Shown here: one piece after another, positions 24,152 to 33,863 of the stretch
Position numbering within the stretch: position 1 is the first letter of the stretch
Layout: the number at the start of each line of letters is the position of its first letter
Virus record (IMG/VR): IMGVR_UViG_3300018050_000260
Coordinates: 1-33,864 of that record
DNA length: 33,864 bases
Reading direction: 5' to 3' (one strand)
Origin: a virus
Lineage: Duplodnaviria > Caudoviricetes
Program-made: the position numbers and the translations under genes
Notes under the pieces: generated by a model
Told to the model about the DNA's origin: nothing
Databases searched by the model: none
The model's input: only the letters and a program-made list of their open reading frames with translations

Positions 24152-25765
24152 ATGGAATACGACAAGAACACACCCGGCGGCATGCGCCTGACACCAGAGC
24201 AAATCTTGAAGCGGCAGGTTGCTGCCCAAGCCAAGAAGGATGAATTCCAGCAGCTGTACCAAGATGCCTACGAATTTGCCCTGCCCCAGCGCCAGCTCTA
24301 CGGTGTGTGGGAAGGTGGCGCGACTGGCAGCAAGAAGATGCAGCGCGTGTTTGATTCGACCGCCATCAACTCCACCCAGCGCTTTGCCAACCGGCTGCAG
24401 TCTGTCGTCTTCCCGCCACAGCGCAAGTGGGCCAAGCTGGAAGCTGGCTCGGATATCCCGCCAGATAAGAAGCAGCAAGCGCAGGCCGTGCTTGAGGTCT
24501 ATCAGGACAAGATGTTCACCATGCTGAACCAGTCCAACTTTGACATTGCCATGGGCGAGTTCTTGCTGGATCTGGCGGTCGGCACCGCCTGCATGATGGT
24601 GCAGCCCGGCGACGATGTGCAGCCACTCAACTTTATCCCCGTGCCCCTGTTCTTGGTGAGCTACGAGGAGGGGGCCAATGGCCAAGTGGACAACGTCTAC
24701 CGCCGCATGCGCATGAAGGGTGAAAGCATTCAACGCCAGTGGCCAGATGCCGATATATCAGACGATCTACAGCGCCGCATTGAGAACAAGCCGACCGATG
24801 ACATTGAGTTGCTGGAAGCCACCATCTACGACCACAAGCGTGGCGACTACTGCTACCACGTTATTGACAAGGTATCCAAGACAGAGATTGTCTACCGCCG
24901 TCGCAAGATGAGCCCTTGGGTGATATCGCGCTACATGAAAGTGGCTGGTGAAATCTATGGCCGTGGCCCATTGATGACTGCCCTGCCCGATATCAAGACG
25001 CTCAACAAGGTCAAAGAGCTGCTGCTCAAGAACGCATCGCTGGCCGTGGCGGGTGTCTACACCGCTGCAGATGATGGTGTGCTCAACCCCAACACGGTCA
25101 AGATTGTGCCGGGTGCCATCATTCCAGTTGCTCGCAATGGCGGCTCACAAGGCCCAGCCCTGCTGGCCCTGCCCCGCTCTGGCGACTTCAACGTGAGCCA
25201 GCTGGTGATCAACGACATGACGGCAAGCATTAAGCGGATCTTGCTGGATGAATCGCTGCCGCCAGACAACATGTCAGCCCGTTCAGCCACCGAGATCGTC
25301 GAGCGCATGAAGGAGTTGGCCCAGAACCTTGGCTCTGCCTTTGGCCGCTTGATCAACGAAACCATGATCCCCGTCACCGCCAAGATCTTGGAAGTGATGG
25401 ACGAGCGTGGCTTGATTGACATGCCGCTGCGGGTCAATGGCTTGGAAGTCAAGGTCACCCCAGTGGCGCCGCTGGCCATGGCGCAAAACATGGAAGAGGT
25501 CAACGCCATCATGCAATACATGCAGATCAGCCAGAGCTTGGGCACCGACGGCCAGCTCGCTATCAAGACCGACATGCTGGTGGACTATCTGGCCGACAAG
25601 CTGGGTGTGCCAGCAGCCGTGCGCAACACCGCAGCCGAGCGTGCCGTGCTCATGGAAGAGATGAGAAATCAGCAACAGCAGCAAGCTATCGCACAAGCCA
25701 TGGCCATGCAGGCCCAAGCTGGTGCTGGCATGCAAGCGCTACCCGCACCAGAAGGAGCAATGTGA
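24152..25765 (+). CDS. Portal (head-tail connector) protein
   Basis: FDSTAINS, GEIYGRGPLMTALPDIKTLN and RSATEIVERMKE...LGSAFGRL motifs; start revised to ATG 24152 (SD AAGGA). Confidence 0.95.
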   Translation: MEYDKNTPGGMRLTPEQILKRQVAAQAKKDEFQQLYQDAYEFALPQRQLYGVWEGGATGSKKMQRVFDSTAINSTQRFANRLQSVVFPPQRKWAKLEAGSDIPPDKKQQAQAVLEVYQDKMFTMLNQSNFDIAMGEFLLDLAVGTACMMVQPGDDVQPLNFIPVPLFLVSYEEGANGQVDNVYRRMRMKGESIQRQWPDADISDDLQRRIENKPTDDIELLEATIYDHKRGDYCYHVIDKVSKTEIVYRRRKMSPWVISRYMKVAGEIYGRGPLMTALPDIKTLNKVKELLLKNASLAVAGVYTAADDGVLNPNTVKIVPGAIIPVARNGGSQGPALLALPRSGDFNVSQLVINDMTASIKRILLDESLPPDNMSARSATEIVERMKELAQNLGSAFGRLINETMIPVTAKILEVMDERGLIDMPLRVNGLEVKVTPVAPLAMAQNMEEVNAIMQYMQISQSLGTDGQLAIKTDMLVDYLADKLGVPAAVRNTAAERAVLMEEMRNQQQQQAIAQAMAMQAQAGAGMQALPAPEGAM

Positions 25766-26091
25766 TGGATTATGGAAACCGACCAAGCGGTGAGAAAAAA
25801 GGTATGGGTTACTTTGGCGAGCTAAAGAGATCCAATGGCGATGTGTCGACAGAGATATCTGTAGGCGTTGGCATGGACGGCAAGGAGTTGGAAATACCTT
25901 TAATTGTCCCAACCCTTACCAAAAAAGAACTGAATTACTTATTGAGCACAGATGTGGAGAGCAAATCATTCTTCACAAATATGCCGCCATCCATCATGGA
26001 CAAGGCCTACGAACACGCCAAGATGCGCATCAAGTCTGGCATGTCGCCATTTGCTGATGAAGACGAAATGATGGAGATGCCAGAAAAATGA
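25762..26091 (+). CDS. Hypothetical protein inserted after the portal
   Basis: 109 aa (KGMGYFGELK...STEISVG...EIPLIVPTL), coupled on both sides, AT-richer. Confidence 0.75.
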   Translation: MMDYGNRPSGEKKGMGYFGELKRSNGDVSTEISVGVGMDGKELEIPLIVPTLTKKELNYLLSTDVESKSFFTNMPPSIMDKAYEHAKMRIKSGMSPFADEDEMMEMPEK

Positions 26092-26351
26092 GCTGGGAAG
26101 AACTAGAAGCTATTGGCCAGCCAAGCGACATCCGCGAGGTTGATCAAAAACGCGAGGATCTGGCCAAGCTGACGCTGCGGGTGTTTGGCTCTGAAGATGG
26201 CCAAAAGCTGCTGCAGTGGTTGCAGCTCATGTATGTGAATGTGCCCATCGCCGTGCCGGGCACAGACCCTTCACACGCCTTCTTTGCCGAAGGGCAAAGG
26301 ACGGTGGTGAGGGACATTGAGGTGCGGATTCAACAAGCAAGGAAACTATGA
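26088..26351 (+). CDS. Bbp19-like head-region protein
   Basis: FGSEDGQKLLQWL...AFFAEGQRTVVRDI; lies between portal and scaffold. Confidence 0.75.
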   Translation: MSWEELEAIGQPSDIREVDQKREDLAKLTLRVFGSEDGQKLLQWLQLMYVNVPIAVPGTDPSHAFFAEGQRTVVRDIEVRIQQARKL

Positions 26352-27139
26352 CAGACACAGCAACCGTCGAGCCCGGTGGAACCGGCCTACTTGACAACGT
26401 GCAAGTGAGCGACCAAACCACCCCGACCAATCCCCAAGCCGTAGAGATTGACCACCGATCTGACACAACTGCGGCGACCAGCTCAGCGCCAACAGGCGAT
26501 GATGATCCCCTAGAGCGGCCAGACTTTTGGCCAGAAAACTTCTGGAAGAAGGACTCCAACGAGCCCGACCTAGAAGGCATTGCCAAGAGCTGGTCGGATC
26601 TGCGCAAGCAAATCAGCCAAGGCAAGCACAAAGCGCCAGCAGACGGCAAGTACGACCTCAAGGCCTTTGGCGAAGAAGCTGAAACCAACCCCATCGCCAC
26701 TACCCTGTCAGGCTGGGCCAAGGAAAACGGTCTGTCGCAGGCTGCATTTGATGACTTGGTGGGCAACCTGCAAACCCAAGCGCGTGAGTTGATGCAAGGC
26801 GACATGGTTGACCCGGCAGCCGAGATGAAGCAGCTGGGCCCCAATGGTGGCGCAATCGTCAACGGCATGGTGGACTGGGCTCGCGGCTTGGTCAACAAGG
26901 GTGTCTGGTCAAAGGATGACTTTGAAGAGTTCAAGATCATGGGTGGCACCGCTCGCGGCATCACCGCTTTGATGAAGGTGCGCGAAGCCTATGAGGGCAG
27001 AGTGCCAACCCAGAGCGCCCCGCTTGAGGGCGCACCCAGCAAGGATGAGCTCTACCAGATGGTCAACGATCCGCGCTACAAGACCGATCCCGGCTACCGC
27101 ACCAAGGTCGAGAAGATGTTCCAAGCAAGTTTTAAGTAA
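26348..27139 (+). CDS. Capsid scaffolding/assembly protein
   Basis: Acidic; RPDFWPENFW, WAKENGLSQAAFD, C-terminal DPRYKTDPGYRTKVE; precedes the capsid gene. Confidence 0.85.
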   Translation: MTDTATVEPGGTGLLDNVQVSDQTTPTNPQAVEIDHRSDTTAATSSAPTGDDDPLERPDFWPENFWKKDSNEPDLEGIAKSWSDLRKQISQGKHKAPADGKYDLKAFGEEAETNPIATTLSGWAKENGLSQAAFDDLVGNLQTQARELMQGDMVDPAAEMKQLGPNGGAIVNGMVDWARGLVNKGVWSKDDFEEFKIMGGTARGITALMKVREAYEGRVPTQSAPLEGAPSKDELYQMVNDPRYKTDPGYRTKVEKMFQASFK

Positions 27140-27165
27140 TCTCTCCAAGGCAAGCAGTTGCCCTT

Positions 27166-27191
27166 GACCCAGCTTCGGCTGGGTCTTTTTT
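27166..27191 (+). terminator. Rho-independent terminator
   Basis: GACCCAGC-TTCG-GCTGGGTC followed by TTTTTT. Confidence 0.92.
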
Positions 27192-27213
27192 GTGCAACAC
27201 CCAAACCTACCTA

Positions 27214-27241
27214 TTGCGTTGTGGCAAAAAAGTCATACAAT
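27214..27241 (+). promoter_or_regulatory. sigma70-like promoter for the capsid gene
   Basis: TTGCGT-16 nt-TACAAT immediately after the terminator. Confidence 0.7.
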
Positions 27242-27245
27242 CCGG

Positions 27246-27384
27246 CCAAGGCCTACCGGGCAACCGACCCTGACCACTGCGAGATGCAGACGATTGGCTG
27301 GCGATACCAGCAAGCATTCGGCCCTGACTATCAGGCTTACCGGCGCGAGAACCCTGTTTTTCAACAACCGAATGAGGTATCCCA
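27246..27384 (+). ncRNA. Putative structured cis-regulatory 5' leader of the capsid mRNA
   Basis: About 140 nt of non-coding sequence with several hairpins (CGG-GCAA-CCG, CTGC-GAGAT-GCAG, GCTGG-CGATA-CCAGC, CCTGA-CTA-TCAGG) and GGCYTACCGG twice. Confidence 0.5.
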
Positions 27385-28227
27385 ATGAGCATTTCTTTAA
27401 GCAATGCCTTCGTTACTCTCTTCGACGCGGAAGTCAAACAAGCCTACCAAGGTAAGGCAATGTTGGTTCCGGCGGTTCGCCAGCGTCGTGGAGTCGAAGG
27501 TTCAACTGTCAAGTTCCCCAAAGTGGGCAAGGGTGTTGCGACTATTCGCGTACCCCAATCCGATGTCACCCCTCTGAATGTTGGCTTCAGCTCTGTCACT
27601 TTGACATTGGCTGACTACAACGCTGCAGAGTACAGCGACATCTTCAGCCAAGCCAAGGTCAACTTCGATGAGCGCCAAGAATTGGTGCAAGTTGTTGCTG
27701 GCGCTATGGGCCGTCGTCAAGACCAAATGATTCTGGACGCACTCAATGCATCCAGCACCAGCTTGACCGTTGCCAACAGCATTGGTGGTGCAAATACCAA
27801 CATGAACATTGCCAAGCTGCGCGAAGCTAAGCGCTTAATGGACAAAAACAATGTGCCGCCTGATGGTCGCAACATCATCATCCATGGCAATGGTTTGGCC
27901 AACTTGTTGTCCGAAACCAGCGTGACCAGCTCCGACTTCAACAGTGTGAAAGCATTGGTGCAAGGCGAGCTCAACACCTTCTTGGGATTCACATTCCATG
28001 TGTTGGGTGACCGCTCTGAAGGTGGCTTGCCAATTGACGGCTCTCTTGACCGCACCTGCTACGCATTCCACAAGGATGCCGTGGGCTACGGTGAAGGTAT
28101 CGCCATGCGTACCGAGATCAACTACATCGCCGAGAAGACTTCTTGGTTGGTGAACGAGGTCTTCAGTGCTGGCGCTGTTGCCATTGACGATGAAGGTATC
28201 GTCAAGATCACCTGCCGTGAAACTTAA
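27385..28227 (+). CDS. Major capsid protein
   Basis: 280 aa; FDAEVKQAYQG, TVKFPKVGKG, AGAMGRRQDQMIL, LVQGELNTFLGFTFH, GAVAIDDEGIV; SD GAGGT. Confidence 0.93.
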   Translation: MSISLSNAFVTLFDAEVKQAYQGKAMLVPAVRQRRGVEGSTVKFPKVGKGVATIRVPQSDVTPLNVGFSSVTLTLADYNAAEYSDIFSQAKVNFDERQELVQVVAGAMGRRQDQMILDALNASSTSLTVANSIGGANTNMNIAKLREAKRLMDKNNVPPDGRNIIIHGNGLANLLSETSVTSSDFNSVKALVQGELNTFLGFTFHVLGDRSEGGLPIDGSLDRTCYAFHKDAVGYGEGIAMRTEINYIAEKTSWLVNEVFSAGAVAIDDEGIVKITCRET

Positions 28228-28241
28228 TCTAGGAGACTGAC

Positions 28242-28517
28242 ATGGCATTTTCAAGCACTGGTCTTGTGACCGTATGCGCTGCCAAATCTGGCAACGCACC
28301 CAGCATGTATCTGTACAAAACCGCAGATACCCAAGCCACGGTTAACACCGTGAGCTACTTCGACAGCATTGCATCGCTGTTGAAGGTCGGTGACATCATC
28401 TTTGTCTATGACTCCACTACCCCTAGCTTGGTGTTGACTTACGTCAATGCCGTGTCTTCAGCTGGTGTGGTTGACATTGCTGACGGCACCACCGTGAGCG
28501 CAACTGACACCGACTAA
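28242..28517 (+). CDS. Small virion protein (capsid decoration/cement-like)
   Basis: 91 aa directly after the capsid gene, strong SD AGGAG, highly expressed codon style. Confidence 0.65.
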   Translation: MAFSSTGLVTVCAAKSGNAPSMYLYKTADTQATVNTVSYFDSIASLLKVGDIIFVYDSTTPSLVLTYVNAVSSAGVVDIADGTTVSATDTD

Positions 28518-28534
28518 TTGGTGGTCAGTCAACT

Positions 28535-28568
28535 GGGCCAGCTTCTGGGGATTCTCGGAGGCTGGCCC
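28535..28568 (+). terminator. Long hairpin after the capsid/decoration genes (attenuator or processing site)
   Basis: GGGCCAGCTTCTGGG-GATT-CTCGGAGGCTGGCCC (15-bp stem with G-U pairs), weak U tract. Confidence 0.55.
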
Positions 28569-28589
28569 TTCTCACATTGAGAGGTTCAA

Positions 28590-29204
28590 ATGGCTGCTGG
28601 TGACACTGGTGTATCGATATGTTCTGATGCCTTGCTCTTGATTGGAGCCAAGGCTATTTCGTCTTTTAACGACGGCACTGATGAGTCAAGCGTTTGCGAC
28701 CGACTCTACCCAGACATCCGCGACTCCACCTTGGTTATGTACCCGTGGAGCTTTGGCATGAAGAAGGTGCAGCTGGCTCAGCTCATCACCACCCCAACAA
28801 CTGTCTGGCGCTACGAATACCAGCTGCCGGGCGACAAACTGGCCAACCCCCGCGCTGTGTACAACAGCGCCAACTCTGGCAGCCCAGTGCAAAAGGACTG
28901 GGAGATCCAAGGCGACAAGCTGCTCACCAACCTGACCAGCGTTTACATTGACTACCAATTCAGCGTCCCAGAGTTTGCAATGCCGCAGTACTTTGTACAG
29001 CTGCTCAAATACATGGTGGCTTGGCACGTTGCTGAAACCATCACCGAGCAGCAAGACAAGTCTGCCAGATGGCAGCGTGTGGCCACTGGCGACCCGTCAG
29101 AGAATGGCCGTGGCGGCTACATGCGCCAAGCCATGCAAATTGATGGCCAGAACAACCCAGTGCGCATCATTGAAGACTACAGCTTGATTGCGGTGAGAAA
29201 CTGA
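28590..29204 (+). CDS. Tail tubular protein A (adaptor, T7 gp11-like)
   Basis: VSICSDALLLIGAKAISSFNDGTDES...YPWSF...YEYQLPGD pattern. Confidence 0.88.
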   Translation: MAAGDTGVSICSDALLLIGAKAISSFNDGTDESSVCDRLYPDIRDSTLVMYPWSFGMKKVQLAQLITTPTTVWRYEYQLPGDKLANPRAVYNSANSGSPVQKDWEIQGDKLLTNLTSVYIDYQFSVPEFAMPQYFVQLLKYMVAWHVAETITEQQDKSARWQRVATGDPSENGRGGYMRQAMQIDGQNNPVRIIEDYSLIAVRN

Positions 29205-31420
29205 TGCCACGCTTTGTAGAGTTCACCACCAACTTTGCGACAGGCGAGCTTGACCCTTTGCTGCGTGCGCGGGTTGACTTGGCCGCTTACGGCAATGCGC
29301 TGGCCAAGGCCACCAACGTGCTGATCCAGCCCCAAGGTGGCCTACGCCGCAGACCCGGCAGCAAACACATCTTTGCGCTGCCACACACTGGCACCGAGTC
29401 TGCTGGCAACGGCGTGCGCTTGGTGTCGTTCCAGTTTTCTGTGGACGACAGCTACATGCTGTGTTTTACCCACAACCGCATGTATGTCGTCAAGAACGGT
29501 GTGGTGCAGTCCAACATCAACGGCACCGGCAACAACTACCTAACCACCACCATTGGCAGCTCTATCGTTGACGATATGTGCTGGACGCAGTCTGCCGACA
29601 CATTGATCGCAGTGCATCCAGATCTGCAGCCGGTGCGCATCACTCGCACCAGCGACACCGCTTGGACGGCCACATCAATCACATTTGATTCAATACCCAA
29701 GTACGCCTACGACATTGACTTCCACACCAACACTGGATCAACGCTGACCCCGTCTGCCGTGTCGGGTAATGTGACGCTGACGGCATCAACAACGCACCAT
29801 GACTCTGGCACATTGCAGGCAGGCACCAGCCTGACGGTGACGCTCAAAGCAACCGCAAGTTCGACCGATGACATCTACAACGGCATGTACGTCAACATCA
29901 CCGGCGGCACAGGCTCTGGCCAAACGCGGCTGATTGAGGACTACAACGGCACCACCAAGGTGGCCACGGTGGAGGAAGCGTGGACGGTCACGCCAGACGG
30001 CACAAGCACCTACACCACAACCACGTTCTCAGCCCTGTCTGTCAACCAGTACATCAATGTGCAGCCGCAGGGCCGCGCAAGGATTGTGCGGTATGTCTCA
30101 GCCACGGTGGTTGAGGTGGTGACCGAGTACCCGTTCTTCAACACAACAACCATTGATGCAGGCCGCTGGGAGCTTGAGCACGGGTATGTGGATGTGTGGA
30201 GCTCAGGCAAGGGCTGGCCACGCACTGTGACTTTCCATGAAGGCAGGCTTTACTTTGGTGGCAGCAAGTCGCGGCCATCCACGATCTGGGGTTCCAAGAT
30301 CGGCCTGTTCTTTGACTTTGTGCCAAGCGAGTCGCTGGACGATGACGCGGTCGAGGCCACGCTGGACACCAACGACTTGAACGTGATCACCGACATCATC
30401 AGCTCGCGTGACTTCCAAGTGTTCACCTCTGGCGGTGAGTTCTTTGTGCCGCAGCAGGGCACCGACCCAATCACACCGCTGACCTTTACATTCAAGAACG
30501 TGAGCCGCAACGGTATCAAGGCAGGCACCCGCGTGCAGTCGGTTGAGTCTGGATCAATCTACATCCAGCGCCAAGGCAAGTCACTCAACGAGTTTGTGTT
30601 TAACGACACGCAGCTGACCTACATCACCCAGCGCATCTCGCTGCTGTCTGGCCACCTGCTCAAGGGGCCGCAGCGCGTGGCTTTGCGCAAGGCATCAAGC
30701 ACAGAGGAAGCCGACTTGCTATTGATGACCAATACAGATGACGGCACCATGGCGGCGTTCAGCATCATGCGCAGCCAGCAAGTGACCAGCCCATCTGAGT
30801 TCATCACAGATGGCTCTTACATCGATGTGGGCGTGGATGTGAACGCCATCTATGTGGTGACCAAGCGCACGTTCAACAGCGTTGATAGGTACTTCATTGA
30901 GCTCTTTGGCTATGAGTATTTCACCGACTGTGCTTTTGTTGGTGCCTCTGCTGGCGGTGTCGGCAGCGGATTGCCTCATATTGGCAAGTCACTGAACGTG
31001 ATCTGTGATGGCTCCCCACAAGGCAATGAGACAGTAAGTGCTGGTGGGGCCGTGACCTTTGACCGCGAGTCAGTGACCAGCTATGAGGTTGGCCTGCCAA
31101 TCACCGTCTACGTCAAGACCATGCCTGCCGAGGTCAAGCTGCAGACTGGCAGCCGGGTGTCGTTTAAGAAGCGCATTGTGGAGATCAGCGCGGTTGTCAA
31201 TGAGACACAAAACCTGATCATCAACGACCAGCCTGTGGCGTTTCGGTTGTTTGACAACCCGCTGCTGGATGACCCCATACCAGAGTTCACCGGCATCAAG
31301 CGGGTCAATGGTGTGCTCGGCTACAGCCGCGAGCAATCGATTGAGGTGGAGCAAGACTTGCCGGTCAAGATGAACCTGCTTGGCTTGGATTACCGCGTAG
31401 CTGTTTTCTCAGGAACATAA
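29204..31420 (+). CDS. Tail tubular protein B (nozzle, T7 gp12-like)
   Basis: NFATGELDP, N..IQPQGGLRRRPG, TQSADTL, WPRTVTFHEGRLYFGG, IWGSKIG. Confidence 0.92.
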   Translation: MPRFVEFTTNFATGELDPLLRARVDLAAYGNALAKATNVLIQPQGGLRRRPGSKHIFALPHTGTESAGNGVRLVSFQFSVDDSYMLCFTHNRMYVVKNGVVQSNINGTGNNYLTTTIGSSIVDDMCWTQSADTLIAVHPDLQPVRITRTSDTAWTATSITFDSIPKYAYDIDFHTNTGSTLTPSAVSGNVTLTASTTHHDSGTLQAGTSLTVTLKATASSTDDIYNGMYVNITGGTGSGQTRLIEDYNGTTKVATVEEAWTVTPDGTSTYTTTTFSALSVNQYINVQPQGRARIVRYVSATVVEVVTEYPFFNTTTIDAGRWELEHGYVDVWSSGKGWPRTVTFHEGRLYFGGSKSRPSTIWGSKIGLFFDFVPSESLDDDAVEATLDTNDLNVITDIISSRDFQVFTSGGEFFVPQQGTDPITPLTFTFKNVSRNGIKAGTRVQSVESGSIYIQRQGKSLNEFVFNDTQLTYITQRISLLSGHLLKGPQRVALRKASSTEEADLLLMTNTDDGTMAAFSIMRSQQVTSPSEFITDGSYIDVGVDVNAIYVVTKRTFNSVDRYFIELFGYEYFTDCAFVGASAGGVGSGLPHIGKSLNVICDGSPQGNETVSAGGAVTFDRESVTSYEVGLPITVYVKTMPAEVKLQTGSRVSFKKRIVEISAVVNETQNLIINDQPVAFRLFDNPLLDDPIPEFTGIKRVNGVLGYSREQSIEVEQDLPVKMNLLGLDYRVAVFSGT

Positions 31421-31421
31421 C

Positions 31422-32087
31422 ATGGCAGTAGACACATCAAGATCAATTACTGGCGGCGCTGTTACTTACTTAATGAGTAAAGACTTTTCTGTTAGTGGTG
31501 GGCAGATGGCTGGTGTTGCCGGAATAATTAGCGCATATGGTGCATCAGAGGCACAAAAAGCCGCAGCAATTAACCAGCAGACTAGCTACATGCTGCAAGC
31601 GCGTGACACGTTGGCGGTGGCCGAGGTGCGTGCTGAAATGTCAGAGCAGTACGCCACCATCCAAGCTGGGCGCACACTCAAGCGTGCCGAAATGGAAGCG
31701 CAAAACTACACGATTGCCGGCAATGGTTTACTTAAAAACATGCGAGCTACCAACGCAGCTATGCGAGCAAGAGCGGCTGCAAGTGGTGTTGTGTTGGGTG
31801 AAGGATCTATACAAGCGGTGCAGCGAGAGAATGTGGCCGCCACCATGCGTGATGTTGGCATTGCTGATCTGAATGCATTGACTGCGCGGGTCATGGGATT
31901 TGAAGATGCCAGCGCCATGTTGCAATCCACGGACTACCAAAACATGATTAGCTTGTACAGCGCAAGAAGCCAAGCTGGACAGCTCAGCTTTGCTGGCACT
32001 GCAGCTCGCAGAGCCGGGGGTATTCTTGCTGGGGCAACACTGTCCCAAGCTGCGGCCCAAGGATACAAAACAATTACGGATACATAA
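31422..32087 (+). CDS. Internal virion protein (gp14-like)
   Basis: Ala/Gly-rich, RARAAASGV..GEGS motif, follows the nozzle gene. Confidence 0.75.
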   Translation: MAVDTSRSITGGAVTYLMSKDFSVSGGQMAGVAGIISAYGASEAQKAAAINQQTSYMLQARDTLAVAEVRAEMSEQYATIQAGRTLKRAEMEAQNYTIAGNGLLKNMRATNAAMRARAAASGVVLGEGSIQAVQRENVAATMRDVGIADLNALTARVMGFEDASAMLQSTDYQNMISLYSARSQAGQLSFAGTAARRAGGILAGATLSQAAAQGYKTITDT

Positions 32088-32090
32088 GCC

Positions 32091-33863
32091 ATGGCCACAC
32101 CAAGAATTGAATCAGGACAAATCCAAATACGCGGCGCTGGCTCAGTGCCGATGGTGCAAGTGCAACCACAGCAGGTTGACTACATTGGGCCGCGTGTGGC
32201 TGCACAAGGCGCAAGCCAAATGGCGCAAATTCTTGATCGCATGAGCGCAAATACATTTCAAGCTGCAGCAGAATTGCGCCAGCAAGAAGGCTTGCAATTT
32301 GCTGCGCAAAACCCACTGACATCTCAACAAGTGCAGCTGGCTAAAGATGGCATCAACCCAGAAGGTTGGTTCATGGGGCCTGATGGCCAAACCGCTCAAA
32401 TACCAACTGTAAACGCGGCAGGTTATTTTGCTAAAGCGGTGGCCAAGGCTCGCAGCCTTGAGTTGTCTGGCCATTTTGAAATTGAAGGTCGCAATGAGCT
32501 GACAAAATTATTGGCAGAAGTCGAGACTGGAAGCATGAACTCCAATCAAGTGCAAGCCAAGATTGCAACCATGTCAAGCGGGTATGCAAAATCACTGGCA
32601 AACATTGATCCAGAAGCGGCAATTAAATTTAGAGCGACTATGGCTACGCATGGCAACACCGTGCTCAATGCAGCCTACAAAGCTGAGCTCGACCGAGCCA
32701 AAGCACAACGTATTGCAAAGTTTGATTCTGACTTTGATAACACTACCAGACTAATTGAAGCAACTGTTTCGCAAGGAAGTTGGACTGATGCCAATGGCCA
32801 GCAACGATCTATTGACGAGCTCGCTGATGTGTTTCGCAAGAATGTGCTGACACAGTCCTTGCTGCTAGGCGACAAGGCGCTGCAAACTGAATACAGCACC
32901 AAGTTTGAAGTGGTCTTACGCAATGCCAAAATCAATGGTGTGACCAAGGCATTGATGGCCCCAGAAAATATGGTTGATCCAGATTTGACATTGAAAAAGA
33001 TTCAGTCTGGAGATATTGGCGTTATGAGCCCAGTGCTCAAAGATCTGATCGTGAACGATTTTGATGCCGTGGCTAAGGTAACTGCCAACTTCATGGTGGC
33101 TGTCAACAATAAGAAGTCAATTGCGGATGCCAAGATTGCGGATACCAAGCGAGCTGGCGAAGTGGAGGCCATTAACTTGTTGGAGCAGATTTTTCCGCTG
33201 CCAGATGGTAGTCCCAAGAAGACGCAGCTCATTGCCCAGCTCAATGCTTTGCCGCCGGGATCTGTGCCTATTGGAACCCTCAAGGATCTATTGGCTCCAA
33301 GCGGTGACGGTGACGCGGCTATTAACTTCAACCTGATATCCGGCATTTACAACAACACCATCACACGGCCAGACCAAATCTGGTCATTGGTCGGCAAAGG
33401 CATCACCGGCAAAGATGCAGTGACGGCGCTTAAATTACTCAACAGTGAAGACCGTCGCGACAGCTCAGAGCTTGATCGCGGCATCTCTCAGCTTGCTGGC
33501 ATTCCTGTAATACCCGGCAGCGTGGTGGTGATTGACCCTAAAGGTGAGGAGTTCAAGCGCCGCAACGAGCTGCAGTCGCAAGCATTTCAGATACAAGCCG
33601 CTGCTGCTGCTGAAGGAAAGACACTGACACCGCGTCAGATCCTAGCTCAGCTGCAAGACGGTATTGCCAAAACACGCAATACAGAATCTGCAAAAGCCGC
33701 AAAAAAATCGCTTGAGATATATGAAAAGTTAGACTGGGTCAACGGGCCAATTACTCGCGATACCTTGCCAGCTCTTGAGCGTAAAGCTGGCACAGACAAG
33801 AAAAAGTTGCAAGAGCTTAATCGCATCAAGCAACTACTCAAGCAAGCAGAGGGAGGACAGTAA
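32091..33863 (+). CDS. Internal virion protein (gp15-like position)
   Basis: 590 aa, helical, follows the gp14-like gene; complete across the circular junction. Confidence 0.7.
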   Translation: MATPRIESGQIQIRGAGSVPMVQVQPQQVDYIGPRVAAQGASQMAQILDRMSANTFQAAAELRQQEGLQFAAQNPLTSQQVQLAKDGINPEGWFMGPDGQTAQIPTVNAAGYFAKAVAKARSLELSGHFEIEGRNELTKLLAEVETGSMNSNQVQAKIATMSSGYAKSLANIDPEAAIKFRATMATHGNTVLNAAYKAELDRAKAQRIAKFDSDFDNTTRLIEATVSQGSWTDANGQQRSIDELADVFRKNVLTQSLLLGDKALQTEYSTKFEVVLRNAKINGVTKALMAPENMVDPDLTLKKIQSGDIGVMSPVLKDLIVNDFDAVAKVTANFMVAVNNKKSIADAKIADTKRAGEVEAINLLEQIFPLPDGSPKKTQLIAQLNALPPGSVPIGTLKDLLAPSGDGDAAINFNLISGIYNNTITRPDQIWSLVGKGITGKDAVTALKLLNSEDRRDSSELDRGISQLAGIPVIPGSVVVIDPKGEEFKRRNELQSQAFQIQAAAAAEGKTLTPRQILAQLQDGIAKTRNTESAKAAKKSLEIYEKLDWVNGPITRDTLPALERKAGTDKKKLQELNRIKQLLKQAEGGQ

